A stretch of 64,000 nucleotides of DNA from Chrysemys picta bellii. Lineage: Eukaryota. Below, piece by piece: positions 1 to 12,294 of this stretch (the first letter of the stretch is position 1; the number at the start of each line of letters is the position of its first letter). Both the position numbers and the translations under genes were made by a program. Under the pieces are notes generated by a model, which ran no database searches, was not told where the DNA came from, and saw only the letters and a list, made by a program, of their open reading frames with translations. The DNA is taken from positions 137,392,001-137,456,000 of the forward strand of contig NC_088795.1 of NCBI RefSeq assembly GCF_011386835.1, read 5' to 3'.

Positions 1-76
1 CTCCTCCCCTGATGTCATAGGCACAGAAGTTTCTCATCTGGGCTCCTGCTAACCCTTCCATTTGCTCTAATGACCC

Positions 77-215
77 CATAGACTCATAGACTTTAAGGTC
101 AGAAGGGACCATTATGATCATCTGGTCTGACCCCCTGCATGCTGCAGGCCATAAAATCGTCCCTACCCCTTCCCTGGACTCTGCTGTTGAAGTCCCCAAT
201 CCTGTTTTTAGTGAC
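77..215 (-). mobile_element. CR1 LINE 3' end fragment
   Basis: CATAGACTCATAGACT octamer tail followed by the reverse-complemented CR1 3' UTR (AAGGTCAGAAGGGACC...TCTGGTCTGACC). Confidence 0.75.
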
Positions 216-257
216 TTCAATCGGCAGAGACCCTCCTGCAATCGGCAGAGACCCTCC

Positions 258-1670
258 ATGCCATCTCATCTCCCTCACCCCACTTTCATCCCCTCCTTAC
301 CCTCTCTTCTTCCTCTGATTCTGACCCTTTTAATACAAACATGCTTTAATCTCTCACATATTTAAAAAAACAACAAATCCTTGACCCCACTTGTGTCTCC
401 ATCTACTGCTGCATCTCTCTTCTCCCTTTCATCTCTGTATTCACTGCACACCACTACCAACATTATTGTCTGGTGTTCCTCTCCTCCAGTTCCATCCTAG
501 ATTCTTTCCCATCCAGCTTCTGCCCTTTGCACTCCACTGAAAGTGCTCTCACTAGTCTGACATCTTTCTGTGCTTACTCAGAACGTGTTCTCTATCCTCC
601 TCCTCCGTAATCTGTTAGCCACCTTTGACACGTCAATCACATTCTTGTTCTTGGAATCTTGTCCTACCTCATCTTTTGAGATTCAGTCCTCCTCAAATTC
701 TCCTATCTCTCTAATCATTCCTTCAGTATGTCATTTGGCCAATCCTCCTCATCCATCTCAAACCTTTTGTGGGGGTTCCCCACACAATTCTGTTCTTGGT
801 CCTCTTCTCCCTCTAAACATTGTCTCTGGGCAATTCATCCACAACTAATAGTCTCTGTGCTGCTGATTTTCAGATCTACCTCTTCACACCAGAAAAATTT
901 CCTATCCAAACTAAAATCTCTGCCTGACTTTCAGACCCCTACCTTCTAAATGTCCAGCTATCAGCTTCAGGTCAGTTAGCCAAAAGAGAGCTCTTAATCT
1001 CTACATACACCCTTTCCTTTTTGAGTCACTGTGGGCAACGTGATATTCCTCCTTGTCACTCAGTCTCATAACCTTGGCATCATCTTCAACTGGACCCCAC
1101 TTTAGATCTTCACATTCAGGCTATCTCCAAATCTTTCTATTCTTGCTGCACAATATTTCTAAAATAACAGCCTTTCCTCTCCATCCACACAGCTGAAACT
1201 CTTTCCCAACTTCTGCTCACCTCATGTTTCAACTACTGTAACATCCTCTTCTTTGGTTTGACAAATGCAATCTTACCCCATAGGTACCCATTCAGAATTC
1301 TGCTGCAAAGCTAAACTTTCCTGGCTCATCACTGACCACATCACATCCCTCTCCATTGGTGCCCATTCTATATCACATCAAACACAAACTATTGAGCTTC
1401 CCATGCAAGGCCCACCGCAGCATCTCTACCCTACCTATCATTTCTCATACGCTGTTGAGCGGTCAATTCCTACCTCTGATCAAACCATAATGCAAGCCTC
1501 CATCACCCCCTTCCACCTGTTTGAAAATGTAACAAGTGCCTTCATGCTTTCTCCTATGTTGTCCCTCATGCATGGAAACTATTTCTTGTAAGGTTCTGCA
1601 AAATGCCTTACTATTATCCTTCAAATATCTCCTTAAAACTCTTCCTTTGCAGTGAAGCCTATAAAGAAAA
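258..1670 (+). mobile_element. Old L2 LINE, 3' part of ORF2 and tail
   Basis: C/T-rich decayed sequence with L2 motifs (TCAACTACTGTAAC ~ DYCN; GACCACATCACA ~ DHIT). Boundaries approximate. Confidence 0.7.
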
Positions 1671-2130
1671 AATATGTAGTGGGTGAGCTGAGACCAGCAC
1701 CTATCTACAGTGTGTAGGAAAATTGCTGCATGATCTTGGGGGACTTCAATTTGGGTGCCATAAGTCATAAGCTGGAGGTGTCATGCTGCCAGTACTAAAA
1801 CATCCTTAGATTTTTTTTAAACATAATTGATGACAATTTCCAAATTCAAAAGGTGTTACAGCCAACACCGGGAAATTCTATTTATATTAGAACTTCTCCT
1901 AACAGATGAAGAGGAACTGATCACAGAACTAAAAATTAATGGCAGTTTAGGTCAAGTGATCATGACTTGAACACATTTATAGTATGTATAAATACTAGAA
2001 TAAAGTCCAGAGTAGTAATACATGTATATACACTTGGGGCTTTAACAGGGCCAATTCCACCAAACTGGAAACCAGTTATGAGCCAAATCAACTAGTAGGA
2101 AGAATTCAATCAGAAAAATGTGAATGATAA

Positions 2131-4527
2131 CACTGGTCTACAATTTTTGAGAAGTCGTCTGCTTCAGAGATAAAATGTGCTATTTATTATGTATTTTGCT
2201 TTACATGATATTTCACCTGTCCTGTTTATGTAACTCTTTAAAAATCAGCAAAAGGGTTATATAAATAAAATTTATTATGAAACAAAAGGCAAAAAACTAT
2301 TATGTACATAGTTTAGTCCTATTCAGTGTCTACTCAGCGCTTCTTGGCTTGTCTCTTGTATTCATTAAATGGAACATCTCTTGTCACTGTCCAGCAATAG
2401 TCTGCAAGCATTGATGGGCTCCATTTGCCCTGATAGCGTTTCTCCATTGTTGTAATGTCCTGGTGAAATCGCTCGCCGTGCTCGTCGCTCACTGCTCCGC
2501 AGTTGGGTGGAAAAAAATCTAGATGAAAGTACAAAAAATGTATCTTTAGTGACATGTTGCAACCAAGGCTTTTGTATGCCTTGAGGAGGTTTTCCACCAA
2601 CAACCTGTAGTTGTCTGCCTCGTTGTTTCCGAGAAAATTTATTGCCACTAACTGGAAGGCTTTCCATGCCGTCTTTTCCTTGCCACGCAGTGCATGGTCA
2701 AATGCATCATCTTGAAGAAGTTCACGAATCTGAGGACCAACAAAGACACCTTCCTTTATCTTAGCTTCACTTAACCTTGGAAATTCTCCACGGAGGTACT
2801 TGAAAGCTGCTTGTGTTTTGTCAATGGCCTTGACAAAGTTCTTCATCAGACCCAGCTTGATGTGTAAGGGTGGTAACAAAATCTTCCTTGATTCAACAAG
2901 TGGTGGATGCTGAACACTTTTCCTCCCAGGCTCCAATGACTGTCGGAGTGGCCAATCTTTCTTGATGTAGTGGGAATCTCTTGCACGACTATCCCTTTCG
3001 CAGAGAAAACAGCAGTACTTTGTGTATCCAGTCTGCAGACCAAGCAAGAGAGCAACAACCTTCAAATCGCCACAAAGCTGCCACTGATGTTGGTCATAGT
3101 TTATGCACCTCAAAAATTGTTTCATGTTGTCATAGGTTTCCTTCACGTGGACTGCATGACCAACTGGAATTGATGGCAAAACATTGCCATTATGCAGTAA
3201 AACAGCTTTAAGACTCGTCTTCGATGAATCAATGAACAATCTCCACTCATCTGGATCGTGAACGATGTTGAGGGCTGCCATCACACCATCGATGTTGTTG
3301 CAGGCTACAAGATCACCTTCCATGAAGAAGAATGGGACAAGATCCTTTTGACGGTCACGGAACACGGAAACCCTAACATCACCTGGCAGGAGATTCCACT
3401 GCTGTAGTGTGGAGCTCAACAGCTCTGCCTTACTCTTAAGGATTTGGAACTACCCGACAAGATCATTCAGTTCACCTTGTGTTATGAGGTGTGGTTCAGA
3501 GGAGGAGGATGGGAGAAAATGTGGGCCCTGTGACATTGATGGTTCAGGACCAAAAGTTTCATCCGCTTCCTCTTCCTCATCTGACTCAAGTGAGAGTGAT
3601 TCTGGTGCATCAGGAACCAACCGGCAGTCCTTCTCTGTGGGGTACTGGACGTATAGCTGATGGAATGTTTGGATAATGCACAGTCCCCTTTTTCTTCTTT
3701 GACACACCTTTCCCAACTGGAGGCACCATGCAGAAGTAACAATTGCTGGTATGATCTGTTGGCTCTCTCCAAATCATTGGCACTGCAAAAGGCATAGATT
3801 TCCTTTTCCTGTTCAACCACTGCCGAAGATTTGTTGCACAAGTGTTGCAGCATATGTGTGGGGCCCACCTCTTGTCCTGATCTCCAATTTTGCAGCCAAA
3901 ATAAAGGTGATAGGCTTTCTTAACCGTAGTGGTTATACTGCGCTTTTGTGATGCAAAAGTCACCTCACCACAAACATAGCAGAAGTTATCTGCACTGTTC
4001 ACACAAGTACGAGGCATCTCTGCTCACTTTGGCTAAACAGAAATGTGTCCCTTTGCAAAATCAAACACTGACAAATAAGAGAGCACGACACTGTATCATT
4101 TCTAGAGCTGATATAGGGCAATTTGTTCAGCAGAGTGATGTAAGTTTCGTTATGATTGCATCATCCATGACTTCTAGGACTAACATGATGCAATTCATAT
4201 CATGTATGATGCAATACCAGCTTCAGATTGCATCATTCATTGTTTTGCCTAAAAAGCAAGTACTGTCCAAACTCAGTCATAGATTTATTCATAGATCCAG
4301 TCAAAGATGTATTTTAATCATTTCTGGTTTAAATAGGGATCCCTTCCCTTTATAACTCACTTATCCTCCGCCATTCCCAAGTCAAGGGTCGTATATACTG
4401 ACCCAATAGCATATCTTGAAAACTAGAGCCAATCAACAATTTTAAGCATCATTTTCATTTTCAGTGACCCAGAATTAGTAAAGTTTGACTACATTTATTT
4501 CAGAAGCATTTTGGCTGTAGAGCAGTG
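2131..4527 (-). mobile_element. Full-length Chapaev3-type (CMC) DNA transposon, 2397 bp
   Basis: Termini CACTGGTCTACA ... TGTAGAGCAGTG (12-bp TIR, 1 mismatch). 3-bp TSD TAA at 2128-2130 and 4528-4530. Subterminal inverted motif GCTTCWGARATAAA(A)TGT at 2161-2178 and 4491-4507. CAC/GTG ends with a TWA TSD are the recalled Chapaev3 signature. Confidence 0.88.
2334..4017 (-). pseudogene. Chapaev3 DDE transposase, disrupted (559 aa if repaired)
   Basis: ORFs 3610-4017, 3450-3716 and 2334-3419 join into one frame after removing a 4-bp duplication (~3615-3622) and reading through one TAG. N-terminal Cys/His cluster (CYVC, HICCNTC, DHTSNCYFC); catalytic-type motifs LFIDSS, GDLKV, SDEHGERFHQ. Confidence 0.9.
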
Positions 4528-5904
4528 TAATTGGGACTCATTTAAGAACACCTTACGAGGTGCCCTAGAAGCCACAATTGAGAGAGAAGGGTGTGCTGGA
4601 TAAAAAAACAACAACCTGATTTAGAGGGGATGTGAAGGCAGTTGTAGGAGCACTGGGCAAATTCCAGAAGACTGGAAGAAAGCTAATGTTATACCAATTT
4701 TTTTAAAGGGGCAAATAAGATAACCTAGGTTATTATAGGCCTGTCAGCTTGACACTGATCCTGAGCAAGATAATGAAACAGCTGATATGGCTCTCAATAA
4801 AGAGCTAAAGGGGGGTAATTTAGGCAAATGAACATGGGTTTATAGAAAATAGATACTGTCTAACCTGATACCTTTTTTTTTTTTTTTTAAGAGATTACAA
4901 GCTTGATTGATAAAGGTAATAGTGCTGATGTTATATGCTTAGACTTCTCTAAGGCATTTGACTTGGCCCTGCATGACATTTTGATTAAAAAAACCCAACA
5001 ATATAAAATTAATATGGCATATTTTAAATTAATTAAAAACTGGCTAACTGATAGGTCAATGTAATTGTAAATGGGGAATCATCATCAAATGGGAATGTTT
5101 CTAGTAGGTTCTTGATGCTATACTATTTAACATCTTTATCAATGACCTGGAAGAAAACATAAAATCACTAATAAAGTTTGTAGATGAGACAAATACTGAT
5201 TTGTGAGGGACCATAAATAATGAAGAGGACAGGGCACTGAATGATCACTGAGTGATCTGGATCATCTGGCAAATTGGGCGCAGGCAAACAATATGCATTT
5301 TATATGGCTAAATGTAAATGTATAAGTCTAGAAACAAAGAATGCAGGTCATATTTACGGGATGAGGGACTCTAGCCTGGAATCAGTGACACTGATAAGGA
5401 TTTGGGGGTCATGGTGGATAATCAGCTGAACGCGAACTCCCAGTGTAATGCGGTGGCCAAAAGAGCTAATGCAATCCTGGAATATGTAAACAGGAGACTC
5501 TCGAGTAGGAGTAGAGAGGTTACTTTATTTGGCACTGGTGCGACTGCTGCTGGAACACTGTGTCTAGTTCTGTGTCCACAATTCCAGAAGGAGGTTGATA
5601 AATTGAGAGGGTTCAGAGAAGATCCATGAAAACTTGTAAATGATTAGAAAACCTGCCTTATAGTGATAGACTCAAGAAGCTTGATCTACTTAACTTAATA
5701 AAAAGAAGGTTAAGGGGTGACTTGATTACAGCTTAGAAGTATCTACATGCGGAACAAATATTTAGTAATGGGCTCTTCAGTCTAGTAGAGAAGAGTATAA
5801 CATAATCCAATGGCTGAAAGTTTGAAGTTTTGTTTGTACAGTACCTAGGACAATGGGACGCACCCTGTGAATGGGGCCATATGCACTACTGCACTTCAAA
5901 TAGC

Positions 5905-6116
5905 AATAAAATAAATAAAATAAATTAATGGAGATATCCCATCTCCTAGAACTGGAAGGGACCTTGAAAGGTCATCGAGTCCAGCCCCCTGCCTTCACTA
6001 GCAGGACCAAGTACTTGATTTTGCCCCAGATCCCCAAGTGGCCCCCTCAAGGATTGAACTCACAACCCTGGGTTTAGCAGGCCAATGCTCAAACCACTGA
6101 GCTATCCCTCCCCCCC
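5905..6116 (-). mobile_element. Turtle tRNA-derived SINE with CR1-like 3' end, full length
   Basis: Minus strand GGGGAGGGATAGCTCAGTGG (A box) ... GAGTTCAATCC (B box) ... GGTCCCTTCCAGTTCTAGGAG ... ATTT-repeat tail. Confidence 0.92.
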
Positions 6117-6118
6117 AA

Positions 6119-6265
6119 AAAAGGTCATTGAGTCCAGCCCCCTGCCTTCACTAGCAGGACCAAGTACTGATTTTGCCCCAGATCCCTAAGTGGCCCCCTC
6201 AAGGATTGAACTCACAACCCTGGGTTTAGCAGGCCAATGCTCAAACCACTGAGCTATCCCTCCCC
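6119..6265 (-). mobile_element. Second copy of the same SINE, lacking its 3' ~60 nt, abutting the first
   Basis: Near-identical to 5968-6115 with 3 differences seen by eye; joined through a short A run. Confidence 0.9.
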
Positions 6266-6737
6266 ACCCCACCATCACATAATGGTTGTGGTCCTCCCCA
6301 GAAGAAGAGGAGACACTTACTGGACCTAAGGGCAGAAAGCTGGCATTCCTCAGGTTTGGTATCTAGCTCCAGAGAGAACCACCTCCTGGTCCATTAATTC
6401 TACAGCAATGTAGTTTCATAACTAAATAACTGGTGGGAGGAGGCAGAAGTTCAAAGTTCTATTTTGTAGGTGACGCAGATTTGTGTCCTGGGCAGAGTCT
6501 GATCCTTTGGCAGCTTTCAGTGTAAGCATGTTATGGACTTGTTCTCCCACAGTAACTGCTCTCTTTCCTTCAGGTTTGAGAGAGTGCTTTTTCATAGTAG
6601 TCCTTACAAATGCCGGAATCCTACCGAATTCAACTGATTATCTTCACTTCTTTAAATTGGATACAGCTGCTGTGTCCATTCTGGAAGTGGCAGCATTTCA
6701 GGTTTTCACACATTCCAAGGCTAGAAAGAACCATTGT

Positions 6738-6853
6738 GATTTTTCTAGTCTGACCTCCTGTATAACACAGGCCAGAGAAGTTTCCCAAAATAATTCCTAG
6801 AGCAGATCTTCAAGTCAAACATCCAATCTTGATTTTAAAATTGCCAATGATGG
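6738..6853 (-). mobile_element. Old CR1 3' fragment
   Basis: TCTAGTCTGACCTCCTGTATAACACAGGCC ... CAATCTTGATTTTAAAATTGCCAATGATGG is a reverse-complement CR1 3' region. Confidence 0.65.
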
Positions 6854-9545
6854 TTGTAGCAAGATCAATACATGCATGTACTGGGAGAAATTTGAGATGG
6901 AAAGACACTAGATGAAAGTAAGATTAAATTTATAGTAATATTTTATAAATACTTAGCTAGGACTGATATTTTTCCTGGGGACATTTCCCATCCTCGTATA
7001 TGGGGAAGGATACCAGTCTGCTCTTTGGTATCATGGGTAGAAGAGCAGCAGTGCTGGCAATAGGACATTCTGCTCAGGCAGTGAATAAAGTGGCAGGCTT
7101 TTCGTGTGCTGCCACTCATGCAAATCTATTTCACTCATTAAATATAAATCAGGTTGGTACTTTTCCTAGATATTGCAGGATCATTCTCATTTTACTAGGG
7201 GGACTTTGCAAGTAGGTTTAACTACCGTTTTCAGAGTTCAAATGGCCAGTGTGTTTTCTGAGTGAGGCCAAAGAAGATGAAACAATTTCCTACCCAAATG
7301 GTATTTTTGTTTCAGTCATCCTGCTGCGAATGATAAAATTCAAGAGTGTAGCAGACTGTAACACTCTTATAATGGCAACTGTTCAAGATGAAGTGGGTGA
7401 TGGTTTATTAAACCCTTATGGTGTCTTCCACAATAAGGAAAGTTCATTAATCTGTAAATTAGGTCCTTCCCTCCTTTGCTATTAGCATCAGGTAGCAGTT
7501 CAACAAATACCAGCTGTGCAATGTCAATGCATGCATTACTAAAGAAGCTATTTAACCAGTCTGTTTAGCCTAGCATCATTATACAGTCAACCACTCAGGC
7601 TTTATGTATTGGTTCTATCTTGTTTGGATTTTAATGCATGGAACAGCTAAAATGTGACCTATAACTCTCCACACATTAAAAGTTACTTTCAGATAGCACT
7701 TAAATAGTTTCCACTTCATCAGAATAATTTGAAATGTTTTTCTAGTCATCATCTCGGTGCTTTCAGAAATTACAAATTGACTTTCACACGCTAAGGCATA
7801 TTAGAGCCAAAGCTGCAGTCTATTTCAAGATTTAAAACTGCCATTTTTACTAGCCATTCTAATGTTGATAAATATTGTAGGGTAGTTCAGTCATTTGGGC
7901 CTTAATGTGCCAGCTGGATTTTCTCTTCTCGTTGTCAGGATTCCTCTTACAATGTCTTCCTCTCCAGTGTCATGTAAAAATGAAAACTTACTGGTTATAA
8001 GAATTTTAAGGACATTTAGGAGTGCAAGGAAATTGTCAGAGAAGCGGCTGGGATGTTTGAGGTTTTGGTCAGAATTTATTTTAAGGATACATTTATGGAT
8101 TATAAGAAGTTAGTACATTATAGACACTTAAATAGTTAATCAAATTGAGTCTAGCAGTCAATAAGTTACTTATAACCTTCTGTAATACTCTCTGCTGATG
8201 TGCCTATGACTGTTTAACATGCACAACTCATGTAATAGCCTTATAACATCTATTTATCATTTATTAATCCTTTATAAACTATAAATGCACCCTTAATATA
8301 AAGCATTAAGATTTTTTTTTCTGTCGCTGCTGTAGATAAGAGTTAAAAATAGACTTGCGGTTAAATGTGGTAGGATCTAGTCCTGAGCATGGGTCTTAGT
8401 TTTCATCCCATAGAGGCTAAAAAAACCCCAATGTGGTGGTCTTTCAGTGGCTCAGTTACCATGGTCTTACACTTAGCTATTGCCTCAATTTTCTCTTTTG
8501 CCCTCCTCAATTTGAAAAACTGAACTAGTCTTAAACTGTGCTCCACATAATTATTTTCAGCCTTCTCAGAGTGGGCAGCATTGGTAGGTCCAGTACCTGT
8601 GCTAAAATACAGTCTAGCCTTATTTTTTCAATAGCATTCAAAATGCGCTGAGGCTTTTACTGCAGAGTGAATATCACTCCTGCGCACCTCTTTAAGAGAT
8701 GTAGGTAGGTGGAGAAAAGATGGAGAAGAGGTGCTGTTCAGGGTGGCGGGAGCTGCAAAGAGAAGACCTAACCCAGCAGTGGCCAGATTGTGTTGCAGGA
8801 CAGAAGAGGCTGCTGCTAGATGAACAGAGATAGAAGGGAGTGGAGTCGACAGAGCTAAGGCCAGAAAGAGGCTGGAGTAAGTCCCACAGGGAGAGTCAGT
8901 TGGTTTTTGTTTGAAATAAGGGCATTTTGAAATTGTTGAATGGTCTTAGTTCACAATGAGAGTGGAATACAGAACATCATGGCCACGTGTGTGAAGGCAA
9001 GCCAGCAGCATTGTGTTGAAGTGTGGAGAGCAGTGACTCTTGGTGCAGACACATGACTGCCACATGTTAGTAATTCTGGAGAATACTGTCCATTAGTTCA
9101 GTGTTTGTGGTGTTGCTTGTGAAACAGGTGGAAGAAATGGGGATGTTAGCAGAAAGCAGACCTCTCCGAATCACAGTATAATGCTGTTACCTATTTCAGA
9201 CTATTTTACTCTGAGTAAACCCAAGAGATCTTGCTTTCAGTTTGGTCCTGCGGCTTTGCCATTAGATGACATCCTTTAGTGTACCAAGTAAACACTGCAT
9301 TTTACTCCTCTAGGCGTGCTGCTGAAAGATGCAGTGCAGTGGGGGGGAATATGTGTGTTCCTTATTGGCTTTATATCTTTCACATGTATTTGCTGCCTCC
9401 TTGTGACAGTACAAAAAGCTTATCAGTGTTGTTCCTCTGCAAAATGTAGTGTAGCATTTAAAATGTTTTAGAAAAATCAGATAACTAGTGCTAATTTTGA
9501 ATTTTTATTTATATTTTTCTCAAATAGTCTTGGTTATGATATTGA

Positions 9546-10150
9546 CATATTGGGCTGTATTAGTAGGAGCATTGCCAGCAGATCGAGGGAGGTGATTATT
9601 TCCCTCTATTCAGCACTGGTGAGGCCACAGCTGTAATATTGTGTCCAGTTTTGGTCCCCCCCACTACAGAAGGGATGAGGACAAATTGGACAGAGTCCAG
9701 CGGAGGGCAACAAAAATGATTAGGGGGCTGGGGCACGTGACTTACAGGAAGAGGCTGAGGGAACTGGGGTTATATAGTCTGCAGAAGAGAAGAGTGAGGG
9801 GGGATTTGATAGCAGCCTTCAGCTACTTGAAGGGGGGTTCCAAAGAGGATGGAGCTCGGCTGTTCTCAGTGGTGGCAGATGACAGAACAAGAAGCAATGG
9901 TCTCAAGTTGAAGTGGGGGAGGTCTAGGTTGGATATTGGGAAACCTTATTTCACTAGGAGGGTGGTGGAGCACTGGAATGGGTTACCTGGGAGGAGGTGG
10001 TGGGATCTCCATCCTTAGAGGTTTTTAAGGCCCAGCTTGACAAAGCCTTGGCTGAGGTGATTTAGTTAGTGTTGGTCCTGCTTTGAGCAGGGGGAGTCGG
10101 ACTAGATGACCTCCTGAGGTATCTTCCAACCCTAATATTCTATGATTCTG
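9546..10150 (+). mobile_element. Young 5'-truncated CR1 LINE
   Basis: Encodes the CR1 ORF2 C-terminus ([13 protein letters not shown]...SNGLKL); ends in ATTCTATGATTCTGTGA tail. Confidence 0.95.
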
Positions 10151-10758
10151 TGATATCAGCGATGAAAACAAAAGGGGAGCTGTGATATGGAAAAGGGCAA
10201 AAGAGAAAACCGGCATGTACAGTTCTAAAAAATGCTTCATGTCTTCTAGAGATTGTTGTTGTATGACAGCGATCATCCAATTAATTCACAATCGGGCTTT
10301 TTTGTTTGTTTCCAACTGGACAAATGAGCTTTTAAATATGAGTTCCATTAATAATGTTTAACAGATGTGAGCAATTAAAGGAATGGCAGAATCTCCTAGC
10401 CCCAACCTACATTCTTGTGAGGCTCTGGTTAACTTCCCCAATTATGCTCTGCATTACACAGTGTAGACAATCCTTCGCTATGTACCTCATTTCCAAGAGA
10501 AATTTTCTGAAAAGATCAGTTAGGATCTCAAAGAAAATCCATCTGAGAGGACTGGCCCAGTCCCACAGTCAAGAGCTGCTGAACAGTCTAAAACTTTAGA
10601 TCTCTTTTCCTTGGGAGTTGAGCGATATCGAGGGTCATGGCAAAATCAGTAAATCTATGACAGTAGCTGTTTTCCGTAAGCCAAGTGCCATCCATTTGCT
10701 TTTAGCTGAAAGTTGCTGTTGAAACCAGAACTTTAGCCCGATGGCCTGGCAGGCAGCC

Positions 10759-10964
10759 GGGGGGAGGGATAGCTCAGTGGTTTGCGCAGTGGCCTGCTAA
10801 ACCCAGGGTTGTGAGTTCAATCCTTGAGGGAGCCAGTTAGGGATCTGTGGCAAAATCAGTACTTGGTCCTGCTAGTGAAGGCAGGGGGCTGGCCTCGATG
10901 ACCTTTCAAGGTCCCTTCCAGTTCTAGGAGATAGGATATCTCCATTAATTTATTTTATTTATTT
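10759..10964 (+). mobile_element. Turtle tRNA-derived SINE, full length
   Basis: GGGGGGAGGGATAGCTCAGTGG ... GAGTTCAATCC ... CCATTAATTTATTTTATTTATTT. Confidence 0.93.
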
Positions 10965-12122
10965 AGCTACAGTTAGGATATAGACATTGCTTTGGCCTAG
11001 ACAGTCTTGAGAGGCATCCTGCAGACCTTTTGGATATTATTTACTTAGTGTCTGTATTAGGTGTTGTGGACAGGAAGGAATAAAAGATATTTGACTCCAA
11101 GGACTGTAGTCTAAACATCCAGCGTACAACTGGAGGATTGGGGATCGGATATACCAATAAGCAGCACAATAGAAGAGTGAAGATTCAGCATGTTCTCAGT
11201 TCCACCATTTTTGGTTGGATGCTCCTTTGTTTATTTTTCTCTGCAGGGAGTCCTAGAGTGGGTAGGCCTCTGTGATAAAGTGGAGGCTGTGCCCTGCAGA
11301 GAGCCTTCAGGGTTCTTTGGGAATGGGAAACTTAAGGAGGAAAAAGCTTACCAAACCATTCAATAAGTATTGTGGCATTCATGCTGGGGAAGCTAACGGC
11401 AGCCTCAGGACAACCTCTGGAGCTCAAAAAGGTTGCTATTCCATCATTTACTTGTGCCTGTTCAAGTGTGATGTATGCAAAAATTCATCTAGCCAAAATC
11501 TAACCTTGTTCGTGGGAGAAATGCCATTTACAGGTCATGCAGATTCTGCTCTTACACTTCACTAAATACATCAGTAGATTATTTTTTGAAAGAAAGGGGA
11601 AACGGAAGCTATAAAATCATAAATCAACGGTTGTATGTGTGTGCATTTCTTTGTCCTGATGGCAAGAAATTAATCTAAATGTCTTCCTGGTTTGAGAGTG
11701 GAGCATGCTGTTTCTGTACTTGAAAAAACAAAAAAATAAAATATATCACAATTAAGCGTAGGACCAATAAGGTGCTATAAAATAAACTTCAAAAGTACTT
11801 TTATGTCTGAATTTTTCTTACATAACTGTAGAAAAGTGACTTTCATATGATTTTGCAATGGACCAAAGTAAAATCAAAATTGAAAACCTCAGATTAAATG
11901 TGTTTTTGGAAATCTGGCTGTATTGGGAAATAGATGTCATCTGAGATGAAAAATGCAAAACAAACGTTTGTTGTTGCAAGCCCGAACAGTTAATGTAGAT
12001 TTCCATCTTTCTCTGTTCCTCCTTGTTGGGATTCAATATAGGCTAATGAAAGTAAGGTCTGATGATGTATGTAACACTGGGGAACACGCTTTTTGTTTGA
12101 AAAATAATTCCAATAATCATAG

Positions 12123-12294
12123 GGCTAACAGAAGTATTGGGAGCATAAGCTTTCATGAAGAAAGATGAAGAAGTGAGGTTCTTACCCACGAAAGCTTATG
12201 CTCCCAATACTTCTGTTAGTCTTAAAGGTGCCACAGGACCCTCGGTTGCTTTTTACAGATTCAGACTAACACGGCTACCCCTCTGATACTTGAC
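12123..12294 (+). mobile_element. Penelope-like element terminal fragment with inverted 5' arm
   Basis: Perfect 30-bp inverted repeat (12125-12154 / 12190-12219); 14-bp TSD TCCAATAATCATAG (12109-12122, 12295-12308); hammerhead remnant TGAAGAAG...CACGAAAGCTTATGC; CAGACTAACACGGCTACC 3' end. Confidence 0.85.

Larger units (their letters stand above)
1690..5815 (+). mobile_element. Decayed CR1 ORF2 (1690-2130 and 4528-5815) split by the Chapaev3 insertion
   Basis: GGGGACTTCAAT (GDFN endonuclease motif) at ~1740; RT motifs at 4670-5200. The sequence reads continuously (AATGATAA|TTGGGAC, N-D-N-W) across the removed insertion. Confidence 0.85.

Noticed and set aside
2334-3419. 361-aa ORF as a stand-alone (domesticated) gene
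   Set aside because: It starts at a non-ATG codon in mid-protein, is the 3' part of the broken transposase, and still has TIRs and a TSD.
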